A stretch of DNA of 57,499 nucleotides from Desulfurococcales archaeon (GTDB lineage Archaea; Thermoproteota; Thermoprotei_A; Sulfolobales; NBVN01), in contig WAOL01000065.1 of assembly GCA_015521295.1 (NCBI GenBank), forward strand, positions 1 through 57,499, read 5' to 3'. Each line of letters starts with the position of its first letter. The stretch's first letter is position 1. Below, in pieces: positions 48,119-56,101 of the stretch. The notes under the pieces were generated by a model. That model worked only from the letters and a program-made list of their open reading frames with translations, had not been told where the DNA came from and did no database searches. A program made the position numbers and the translations under genes.

Positions 48119-49213
48119 CTACTGCCCCTCCTTACTTAGGTCACGGCATAAATGTGTGGTTATTTTACCTAGCACTTCATCGCAGTCCTCTCCCTCGGAG
48201 CACGTCACCACGAACACCATGTCCTTACCACCCACGCTCAGTCCCTCCTCTCTCAGCTTCTCAAGGAACCTCCTTAGCGGTACGGAATAGCTTCTGACGT
48301 ACACGTACGTCACGTTGAGTGACGGTATGTTATGCGCTAGTAGGATCACGTTGTCCGGATACGCGCGTGCTAGCGACCTTCCAACGTATGAAGTCACTAG
48401 GGAGTCTAGGCTTAACTTCCATATCTTCACACCGGGACAGGGCTCCTCAAGGCTCTGGAGACGGTCGTAGGCACTGTCAACATAACGTGCCGCTGACTCA
48501 TGAGCATCAATCAATACCTCGTCATGTAAAACACCTCTAACACCCTCCTCTGCAAGCACTTGAACCGCGTACTCGATGCACTTACTGTTCACAATCCTGT
48601 AGCAGGAGTCTATGAGTTCAGCCGCCCTAACGAAGTCGTTGAGGGTCATGTTGAGCTCAGCGGCAACGTTATCAACAAACGTCACGTGCTCGCTCGTAGC
48701 GAGTGCTGGCCCAAGGTCTCCAACGATACCTAGTGCCACCAAATCAACGATGTCAGAGGGTGTGTTAAGAAGTTCGTAGAGTACCCACGTGGTTGAGGGG
48801 TATTCGGCCTCGCTCATGCCTAGTGCTACGGGGTTACAGCAGTGTTCCCGAGCATTACAGCTTAACTCAACAGCGTGGTGATCAACGATGAATGCCCGAA
48901 GCCCCTGAGGCACTTGCGCTAACACCTCGTCGGGGCGTGCTCCGTAATCCAGCATCACCAGGGTGTCAGCCCCGCTCTTCTTAATCTCATTGGGGTTCAG
49001 AGCGCTTGCCCCATACACACCTATCTTAGGTGTGCTCATACCCACTATGCGGGGTCCCAGCACCCGCAGGAGTATTGCTGCGGACGCCACGCCGTCAGCA
49101 TCCCAGTGATGTAGCACGTAAACCTTCCTACCTTTCTTAAGGACTCCCTCAATAAACTCAGCGCATGCGGGGATTTCCCTAAGTGACGAACGGGTTGTCG
49201 AAGCTGAGGACAA
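48119..49213 (-). CDS. DHH-family phosphoesterase
   Basis: VLHHWDADGVAS (motifs I/II), DYG, IVDHH (DHH motif), and a C-terminal GGK in place of the DHHA1 GGH. Confidence 0.75.
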   Translation of the reverse strand: MSSASTTRSSLREIPACAEFIEGVLKKGRKVYVLHHWDADGVASAAILLRVLGPRIVGMSTPKIGVYGASALNPNEIKKSGADTLVMLDYGARPDEVLAQVPQGLRAFIVDHHAVELSCNAREHCCNPVALGMSEAEYPSTTWVLYELLNTPSDIVDLVALGIVGDLGPALATSEHVTFVDNVAAELNMTLNDFVRAAELIDSCYRIVNSKCIEYAVQVLAEEGVRGVLHDEVLIDAHESAARYVDSAYDRLQSLEEPCPGVKIWKLSLDSLVTSYVGRSLARAYPDNVILLAHNIPSLNVTYVYVRSYSVPLRRFLEKLREEGLSVGGKDMVFVVTCSEGEDCDEVLGKITTHLCRDLSKEGQ

Positions 49214-50327
49214 CTTCCGCTACCTCCGGCCTCATCATGTATTCCGGTGGTTTCTCCTTATTCCTTATCATTTTCCTGAGCTTGGTTCCGCTTATCCTCA
49301 CCCTGAATTCGTCGCTGTGCGGGCAGATCTTAGCGTTTACCATGCCTCCACACTTTTTGCAGTAGAATGACTCACGTATGAATAGCGGCGTTATGCCTAG
49401 GTCGGGGAACTCGTTGAAGAGGTCCCACGCCTCGTATGGTCCGTAGTAATTACCTACGCCAGCGTGGTCCCTGCCCACGATGAAGTGTGTGCATCCGAAG
49501 TTCTTCCTAACTATCGCGTGGTGTATTGCTTCCCTAGGTCCCGCGTACCTCATCTGCATCCAGAGCACGGAGAACACGACCGAGTCCTTCGGGTAGTAGT
49601 GCTTGATTAGTGCCTCGTAAGCAGCCACTATAACCTCGTCCTTGAAGTCGCCGGGTTTCTTCCACCCCACTAATGGGTGAACTAGGAGGCCGTCAACGAA
49701 TGTTAAGGCAGCTTTCTGGACGTACTCATGCCCTAAGTGCGGCACGTTACGTGTCTGGAACGCCACTATGGTTCTCCACCCCTTCTCTTTGAACAGCACC
49801 CTCGTCTCAAGCGGTGTGAGCGCGTATCTGTCGAAGGGGTGTTTCAGCGGGTTAAGCAGGTCTATCGGGCCTCCAATCAGTAGTTCCTTACGGGCGTACG
49901 TGCGGGCAACACCGGGGTGGTTGGGGTCCTCAGTCTTAAACACGTGCCTAGCGAACTCCTTCTTATCCCACTCGTAAATCTCCTCGACCTTCATGACGGC
50001 TAGGATCTGACCCTCGTGCGTTAAGGCCACGTCATCACCTTCCTTGACTCCTTGGATCTCATCCTTGCGTACGTCGAGTACTATGGGTATGGTCCAGGGC
50101 GTGTCGTCCGATAACCTCATGTCGTAGAGTACGTGCTCGTAGTCCTCCCTAAGCAGGAATCCCTGGAGGGGTGAGTACGCACCATACGCTATGTTGTGGA
50201 TATCTGACGCGGTATTCTTTGTTACCTCAATACTGTGAAGCTCCTTCGCCTCCTCGAGGAGGGCATCCCTCCTTCTTCCCTTAGCAACCCTATTGACTAA
50301 CCTCCCCCCATGCGGTCTAGACACCAT
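49179..50327 (-). CDS. sat: Sulfate adenylyltransferase (ATP sulfurylase)
   Basis: FQTRNVPHLGHEY and VGRDHAGVG motifs. Confidence 0.92.
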   Translation of the reverse strand: MVSRPHGGRLVNRVAKGRRRDALLEEAKELHSIEVTKNTASDIHNIAYGAYSPLQGFLLREDYEHVLYDMRLSDDTPWTIPIVLDVRKDEIQGVKEGDDVALTHEGQILAVMKVEEIYEWDKKEFARHVFKTEDPNHPGVARTYARKELLIGGPIDLLNPLKHPFDRYALTPLETRVLFKEKGWRTIVAFQTRNVPHLGHEYVQKAALTFVDGLLVHPLVGWKKPGDFKDEVIVAAYEALIKHYYPKDSVVFSVLWMQMRYAGPREAIHHAIVRKNFGCTHFIVGRDHAGVGNYYGPYEAWDLFNEFPDLGITPLFIRESFYCKKCGGMVNAKICPHSDEFRVRISGTKLRKMIRNKEKPPEYMMRPEVAEVVLSFDNPFVT

Positions 50328-50341
50328 CCCGCATCACCTCC

Positions 50342-50587
50342 TTAAATGTAGCCTAACCTACGGAGCTTCTCTATAATCTTCTCCTTTTCCTCCTCGGTGA
50401 ATGGCTCCTCAGCCTCACGGGCCCTCTCATACTCAACAACTACTTCCCTGAGCACGTAGGTAACGAACTGGGAGACATTGGCAAAGCCCGTACCCTCTAT
50501 GAGTTTCTTTATCCTATTGTACAACGTCACGGGTATTGAGACCGTGGTGTAGCGGCTTCTACCGCCTTTCTTCCCTCCCTCTGGCAA
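50342..50587 (-). CDS. RHH (CopG-like) regulator with conserved acidic/LGY C-terminal tail (copy 1)
   Basis: TVSIPVTLYNRIKKLIEGTGFANVSQFVTYVLREVV, with a tail EEEKEKIIEKLRRLGYI. TTG start. Confidence 0.65.
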   Translation of the reverse strand: MPEGGKKGGRSRYTTVSIPVTLYNRIKKLIEGTGFANVSQFVTYVLREVVVEYERAREAEEPFTEEEKEKIIEKLRRLGYI

Positions 50588-50615
50588 GTGAGCACCCGTG
50601 AATAAGTTGCGGTAG

Positions 50616-50645
50616 CAATTAAATATAATTACCCGTAATTAATTG
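50616..50645. promoter_or_regulatory. AT-rich nested inverted repeat in the RHH-copy-1/sat promoter (candidate operator overlapping the TATA region)
   Basis: CAATT-aaatat-AATTAC-cc-GTAATT-AATTG, lying 30-58 nt upstream of TTG 50587 on the minus strand. Confidence 0.3.
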
Positions 50646-50694
50646 AGCAGAAAGTTACTCCTAAAAAGCTAGCGTGTTACTTAGCTACGTACCC

Positions 50695-50910
50695 TCACAG
50701 GTACCCTAAGGATCTGAGCCTCTCCTTAACCTTCTCCTCCTCTTCCTTAGTGTAGCCAGCACTAGCTTCCTCCTCGGTTGAGAGTACCTCGTTAATGACG
50801 AACTCAACGAATTCCCTTACTGAGGAGAAGCCCCCGTTCTCCTCAATATACTTCTTCACCTTCTCATAGAGCTCCCTCGATATCTCGATGCTTACAGTTT
50901 CCTCACCCAT
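50695..50910 (-). CDS. RHH (CopG-like) regulator with conserved acidic/LGY C-terminal tail (copy 2)
   Basis: TVSIEISRELYEKVKKYIEENGGFSSVREFVEFVINEVL, with a tail KEEEEKVKERLRSLGYL. ATG 50910 is preferred over the ORF-track start at 50967. Confidence 0.65.
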   Translation of the reverse strand: MGEETVSIEISRELYEKVKKYIEENGGFSSVREFVEFVINEVLSTEEEASAGYTKEEEEKVKERLRSLGYL

Positions 50911-51000
50911 CCCATTAACCCTCAATCTAATGAGGAGTTTTCCCAATAAGAGTGTTTGCGTAAACACACAGTACTAGCTTAATGGTGGGAGATGCACCTC

Positions 51001-51777
51001 TCACAATACAGTGAGTGCCTTAATGAGCACGGCTAAGGCCAGGAAAGTCATGCCTGCCGTCATGACTTTCCTTAAAGTCGTGTTTGATGCAACCTTAACG
51101 GTCTTGGCTACCAACGGCGCGCTCAGCGCTGTTCCGGCAATCATTGGCGCTATGAGTGCTGGGTTAAGTAGCCCGGTAAGCCCATACAGGATAACTGCGG
51201 TTACCTCAGTTATGAATTCCGCCATGGACGTGACAGCGACTGCTGACTTTGGATTAACCCCCAGTATTAGTTGCCCCGCGGTCACTATGGGGCCGTATCC
51301 ACCACCGGTTAATCCCTTGTTGAAGCTGGCGACAGTGGCTATGAGGAAAAGCTTCTTAGTCGAGTACTTAACCCTGACCCTCCTGCTTAACACGACCAGA
51401 ACGCTCATGGATAGCATTAAGATGGCTACGTAGGCCTTAAGTAAGTTCACCGGCATGTGTAGCATAAGGATCACAGCAACGAGGGGGCCCACTATCCCTG
51501 AGACCCCTAGTATTATGGCTCGCCTCGATTCCTCGCCTCCCGGCCTTAGGTCGGCGTTCCCAAACCTATGATGCATAAGGGAGAGCACGGAGTTCCCCAC
51601 TAACTGGGAAACAACTACCGAAGAGACAGCGTTGAGCGGGTTAACCCCTAGAAGTATGAGTACTGGCGTTAAGATTGTTCCGTACCCCATCCCTATGACG
51701 CCACTGACGTACTGCGTCGCTAGTGCTAAGGTGATTAGGGTCGTGGTCCACGCTAGCGATGCTGGCTCTAACGGCAT
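51001..51777 (-). CDS. TauE/SafE-family anion permease (copy 2)
   Basis: GVIGMGYGTILTPVL motif and its repeat in the second half. ATG 51777 is preferred, since a palindromic ATAATTAT x2 TATA region lies at 51790-51807. Confidence 0.75.
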   Translation of the reverse strand: MPLEPASLAWTTTLITLALATQYVSGVIGMGYGTILTPVLILLGVNPLNAVSSVVVSQLVGNSVLSLMHHRFGNADLRPGGEESRRAIILGVSGIVGPLVAVILMLHMPVNLLKAYVAILMLSMSVLVVLSRRVRVKYSTKKLFLIATVASFNKGLTGGGYGPIVTAGQLILGVNPKSAVAVTSMAEFITEVTAVILYGLTGLLNPALIAPMIAGTALSAPLVAKTVKVASNTTLRKVMTAGMTFLALAVLIKALTVL

Positions 51778-51893
51778 TCTCTCCCCATAATTATTTATAA
51801 TTATCACTAATTAAAAATAATTACTCTTAATGTCGCGGAGAAGGCTCATGTACGGGGTGCCTTAAGAAGCGGTCAGGAAAACGTTGCTCTGGC

Positions 51894-52439
51894 TTAAATC
51901 TCGATCCCGTGCTTCCTGAGTAGGTTGAGCACAGCTTCCTTATTCTTCTCTGGCGGATCGTGCTCAGTGTCTATTACTAGGTCGGGGTTCTCCGGCGGTT
52001 CGTATGGATCGCTTATGCCTGTGAAGTGTTGTATCTCCCCTTTCAAGGCCTTCTTGTAGAGCCCCTTCGGATCCCTCCTTATGCATTCCTCAACACTGCA
52101 CTTAACCCAGATTTCTAGGAAGGGGACCTCCTCAGCTATAATGTCCTTAATCTTCTTCCTTACGTCCCTGTAGGGTGACACGAAGCTGCATAGAACTATC
52201 ACACCGTTCCTCGCTAGTAGCCTCGCTATCCATGCGACCCTGAGGAGGTGGCGTTCCCTCTCCTCCTTCGTGAAGCCGGCCCCGACGTTTATTGTTTTCC
52301 TGACCCAGTCCCCGTCTAGGAGCTCCACCCTGTACCCCGCCTTACTTAACTCCTCCTTAACTAGGGAAGCCACAGTTGTCTTACCACTTGCGGGGAGTCC
52401 CGTGAACCATGCGACTAAGCCTTTCTCTATGCACTTCAT
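51894..52439 (-). CDS. cysC: Adenylylsulfate (APS) kinase
   Basis: WFTGLPASGKTT P-loop, LDGD, and the FVSPY pattern. Confidence 0.9.
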   Translation of the reverse strand: MKCIEKGLVAWFTGLPASGKTTVASLVKEELSKAGYRVELLDGDWVRKTINVGAGFTKEERERHLLRVAWIARLLARNGVIVLCSFVSPYRDVRKKIKDIIAEEVPFLEIWVKCSVEECIRRDPKGLYKKALKGEIQHFTGISDPYEPPENPDLVIDTEHDPPEKNKEAVLNLLRKHGIEI

Positions 52440-52532
52440 GGTTACCGACCCTAACCTACTTAGACGCTTTACTTAAAAGGATGAGGTCCCCCGCCAACGT
52501 TAATTTGGGTCGAGCAACCACCTCTTGAGGAG

Positions 52533-53927
52533 TTGATATTGAGCGTAAGCAACCATGACCCTGTGGACGCGGTCGTTAGTGGGGAGGCATGGATAGCTAT
52601 TTACGGCATGGGGTACGTTGGCAGGGCATTAACTGCGGCTTTCCTCAGGCGTGGTCTGCGGGTAATCGGCGTCGATATCGATAAGAGTAAGCTAAATGAC
52701 ATTCGAGAGGGCCGCGTGAAGTTCTTTGAAGCAGAGGTCAGGGAAGCTATTGCTGAAGGTCTTAAGACGGGTGCCTTGAAATTAACGAGTGATGCTGTCG
52801 AGGCGTCCCGTCAATCAAGGGTTAAGGTAGTTACGGTCCCTATACACTTCGACTGGAACCACAGGATCGTGAGATTTGATGCTTTCATTGACGCAGTAGC
52901 ATCCGTGGGTGAGGGGCTAAGTGCTGGAGACCTAGTGGTAATTGAGTCCAGTGCACCGCCAGGCACTACTGAACGTGTCGCTAGACCGGTTCTTGAATCC
53001 ATAAGTGGGTTAAGAGCTGAGGAAGACTTCCTCCTCGCCTATAGTCCGGAGCGCGTCTACGTTGGCAGAGCTTTAAGGGACATTGAGGAGAACTACCCTA
53101 AGATCGTGGCTGGGATCGGTCCCCAGAGCCTTGACGCGGTAGTGCGCCTCTACTCGCTAGTCGCTCGTAAGGGCGTCGTGAGGCTTTCCTCGACGATCGC
53201 GGCGGAGTTCGAGAAGCTTGCTGAGGGAGTGTATAGGGACGTAGTGATAGCGCTTTCCAACGAGCTTGCCTTAGCGGCCCAAGCACTAGGCGTTAACTAC
53301 TACGAGGTTAGGGAAGTAGCTAACACTCAGCCTTACTGCCACCTACTCCTGCCCGGTCCCGGCGTGGGTGGGCCGTGTATACCCTCGTACCCATACTTCC
53401 TGATAGGTGAGGCGACGAAGGTCGGGGTCTCGATGGAGTTAACGAGGCTTGCCAGAATCATTAACGAGTCCATGCCCTCAATCGTTGCTGACTTAGCCCA
53501 CAGGCTGGTAGTTAAGCATGGACTGAAGCCCAGGGGTGTGCGGGTAGCTGTCCTTGGCGATGCCTTCAGGGGGGACATCGACGATCCACGCCTATCACCG
53601 ACACATGGCGTGGTTTCCACACTCCTCAGTAGGGGATATAGGGACATTATCGTGCATGACCCACTCGTGATCAAGGATGACTACTTGAGTGAGTTAGGTG
53701 TGGGCTTAACAAACAACTTACGTGAGGCCCTCAAGGACTCATTACTGGTAATCGTATGCGTTAGGCACTCAGCTTACTGGAGGCTTAAGGTGTCCAGCAT
53801 AGTCGAGTTTTCTGGGCGTGAGCCGCTAATCGTTGACGCCGTTAACGTGCTTCACGACGATGTCAACTACAGCGTTAGGGGTAGGTTACTCGTGCTGGGT
53901 GTCGGTGACCTCAAGAAGTGTCCTTAG
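52533..53927 (+). CDS. UDP-sugar 6-dehydrogenase (WbpA/WecC-like)
   Basis: Rossmann IAIYGMGYVG and the catalytic region GPGVGGPCIP. Confidence 0.85.
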   Translation: MILSVSNHDPVDAVVSGEAWIAIYGMGYVGRALTAAFLRRGLRVIGVDIDKSKLNDIREGRVKFFEAEVREAIAEGLKTGALKLTSDAVEASRQSRVKVVTVPIHFDWNHRIVRFDAFIDAVASVGEGLSAGDLVVIESSAPPGTTERVARPVLESISGLRAEEDFLLAYSPERVYVGRALRDIEENYPKIVAGIGPQSLDAVVRLYSLVARKGVVRLSSTIAAEFEKLAEGVYRDVVIALSNELALAAQALGVNYYEVREVANTQPYCHLLLPGPGVGGPCIPSYPYFLIGEATKVGVSMELTRLARIINESMPSIVADLAHRLVVKHGLKPRGVRVAVLGDAFRGDIDDPRLSPTHGVVSTLLSRGYRDIIVHDPLVIKDDYLSELGVGLTNNLREALKDSLLVIVCVRHSAYWRLKVSSIVEFSGREPLIVDAVNVLHDDVNYSVRGRLLVLGVGDLKKCP

Positions 53928-54830
53928 CCCGTCAACAAGCTCTATCTTAGGCTCCCACCCCAACACCTTCCTAGCTCTTTCCACCGACGCGACACTGTGC
54001 CTTATGTCACCCTTCCTAGGCGGGGCGTACCTAACCGGAACCTCCCTCCCTACTACACTCATTACCAACTTAGCCAGCTCGTTGATAGTCGTTCTCGTTC
54101 CTGTTCCTATGTTTAGGGTTGCGCACGTTTCAGTGGCGGTTAGCGCTTTAATTACGGCCTCCACCACGTCCTCAACGTGGATGAAGTCCCGGCTCTGTTT
54201 GCCGTCACCATATATTACTATCTCCTTCCTGTTCATTACTGCGTGGATGAACTTCGTTATGACTCCAGAGTAGGGGCTTGAGGGATTCTGTCCCGGACCG
54301 TACACGTTGAATAAGCGTAGGATAACATATTCAGGCTTCTCCAAGCTTTTCATTAAACTCTCGAGGGCAAGCTCTCCCGCGAGCTTTGAGGCTCCATAAG
54401 GTGATATTGGCTTCGTTGGGTGCTCCTCATCTATGGGTAGGTACTTCGGGATGCCGTACACCGCAGCCGAACTCAGGTAAATCACCTTTTCTACGCCAGC
54501 ACTAATCGCTGCCCTAACCACTGCGGCAGTTCCTTCCGCGTTGACGTGCATGTACGTGTGCGGTTTCTCGACGCTCTCAGCAACATCTATTAGTGCAGCC
54601 GAATGTACTACCGCGTTGGGCCTCAAGCGGTTTAGGGCTTCATGCATTGCGGCGTAGTCCGTTATGTCTGCCTTAAGCAGGTCTATGTTGAGTTGCTTGA
54701 GTGTTGCTAACCCCCTTGGGGAGGGTCTTGAAAGGTCATCTATGACTGCCACCTCATGACCTTGCCTCACTAACTTCATAACTATGTGATGCCCTATGAA
54801 GCCAGCACCGCCAGTGACAACTACCCTCAC
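53886..54830 (-). CDS. NAD-dependent nucleotide-sugar epimerase/dehydratase (SDR)
   Basis: VVTGGAGFIGHH and YGASK (YxxxK). Confidence 0.85.
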   Translation of the reverse strand: MRVVVTGGAGFIGHHIVMKLVRQGHEVAVIDDLSRPSPRGLATLKQLNIDLLKADITDYAAMHEALNRLRPNAVVHSAALIDVAESVEKPHTYMHVNAEGTAAVVRAAISAGVEKVIYLSSAAVYGIPKYLPIDEEHPTKPISPYGASKLAGELALESLMKSLEKPEYVILRLFNVYGPGQNPSSPYSGVITKFIHAVMNRKEIVIYGDGKQSRDFIHVEDVVEAVIKALTATETCATLNIGTGTRTTINELAKLVMSVVGREVPVRYAPPRKGDIRHSVASVERARKVLGWEPKIELVDGLRTLLEVTDTQHE

Positions 54831-54836
54831 TACCCA

Positions 54837-55469
54837 CTACCTCTCAAGAAGTGCTAGGTGTTTCCTAAGTATCCTCACATCCTTCCCACAGTGCCCGCAC
54901 CTGAACGTCACCGCCTCCTCATCCTCCTTAACAGGCTTACTCAGGTCTAATGGTCTTCCGCAGTAGCACACGAAACCCCTAACACGCGCAGGGTTCCCGT
55001 AAACCAGGGCGTGCGGAGGCACATCCTTAGTGACGACCGCCCCAGCACCAACCATCGCATACTCCCCTATAGTCACACCACACACGATCGTTGCATTCGC
55101 ACCTATGGATGCACCCTTCTTAATCAAGGTCGGCACGACTTCCCAATTCTCATTGAAAGACCTCGGATACAGGTCGTTCGTGAGCGTGGCGTGTGGGCCT
55201 AGGAAAACATCGTCCTCAACCTTAACCCCCCTGTAGACGGAGACGAAGTTCTGGATCTTTACCCTATCACCTATCTCGACCCCAACATCAATATACACGC
55301 CCTTACCTATGTTACAGTTCCTCCCTATCTTAGCGCCTGCGCGCACGTGTGCGAAGTGCCATATCCTCGTCCCCTCACCTATCTCCGCCCCCTCCTCAAC
55401 GACGGCGGTAGGGTGTACAAAGTAAGACCTGCTTTTCCTAGGTCCGCCCACGCTGAATTCAGCCTCCAT
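54837..55469 (-). CDS. Left-handed beta-helix N-acetyltransferase (WbpD/WlbB-like) with a C-terminal Cys4 ribbon
   Basis: Hexapeptide repeats. IWHFAHV...[18 protein letters not shown] resembles WlbB. CYCG...CGHCG. Confidence 0.8.
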   Translation of the reverse strand: MEAEFSVGGPRKSRSYFVHPTAVVEEGAEIGEGTRIWHFAHVRAGAKIGRNCNIGKGVYIDVGVEIGDRVKIQNFVSVYRGVKVEDDVFLGPHATLTNDLYPRSFNENWEVVPTLIKKGASIGANATIVCGVTIGEYAMVGAGAVVTKDVPPHALVYGNPARVRGFVCYCGRPLDLSKPVKEDEEAVTFRCGHCGKDVRILRKHLALLER

Positions 55470-55693
55470 TCATTCTAGTGGAGTGGAATTATAGCTTAAC
55501 TTGCTTCCTCATAGATGCTGTGGTGCATTCATTTCGAGTCTTCCAAGAGGTTTCTTGCAAGGCATCCACGCTGATCCTCGTACTCGTTAGTTAAGGGTAA
55601 TCATGATCAAGTAATTACCTAATCGATACCTCTCCCCAGTAAACCTAGAGGTTATGAAGGCACCGAAAAAAGTGTTAGTGAAACATTAAGGGC

Positions 55694-56035
55694 CTACTTT
55701 CCCCCCTCACTCCCTGTCTGCCCAATAGAGGGTGTTGACGTGCTTCCACCACTTTCTAATTCCTTCTCCAGCCTCTTCAGCTCCTCCTCCAACTCCTTCT
55801 CAATCTCTTCGATGGGTTTCGGTGGGGGCGTGGTTGCTAGGGTGTACCCTATCCACGCCAGGATCCCGAAGACTCCCGCAACCGCTATTGCTCCGGTTAA
55901 CTTCAGCACGATTAAGTCAATCCCCGCCCACGGAGGGAAGAACACAAGCCACACGTAAACCACGATTACAGCTATGGAAACCACGACTAAGCCAGCCCCG
56001 ACAACCTGATCTTTGCTCATCTCTGCTCCCTCCAC
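55694..56035 (-). CDS. Small 2-TM membrane protein with a PPPKP linker and E/K coiled-coil tail
   Basis: 113-aa ORF with two hydrophobic helices, then IEEIEKELEEELKRLEKELE. Confidence 0.5.
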   Translation of the reverse strand: MEGAEMSKDQVVGAGLVVVSIAVIVVYVWLVFFPPWAGIDLIVLKLTGAIAVAGVFGILAWIGYTLATTPPPKPIEEIEKELEEELKRLEKELESGGSTSTPSIGQTGSEGGK

Positions 56036-56101
56036 AGAACTTATTCAAAGAGAAATGCATGGACGAAATATTAAAGGATGACGCTTTCTTACAGGCCCTC
56101 A

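Noticed and set aside
50911-50967. N-terminal extensions of RHH copy 2 (to 50967) and tauE copy 2 (51778-51807) given in the ORF track
   Set aside because: The extensions are hydrophobic or AT-rich nonsense that overlaps promoter-like palindromes. The internal ATGs (50910 and 51777) give N-termini matching the paralogues.
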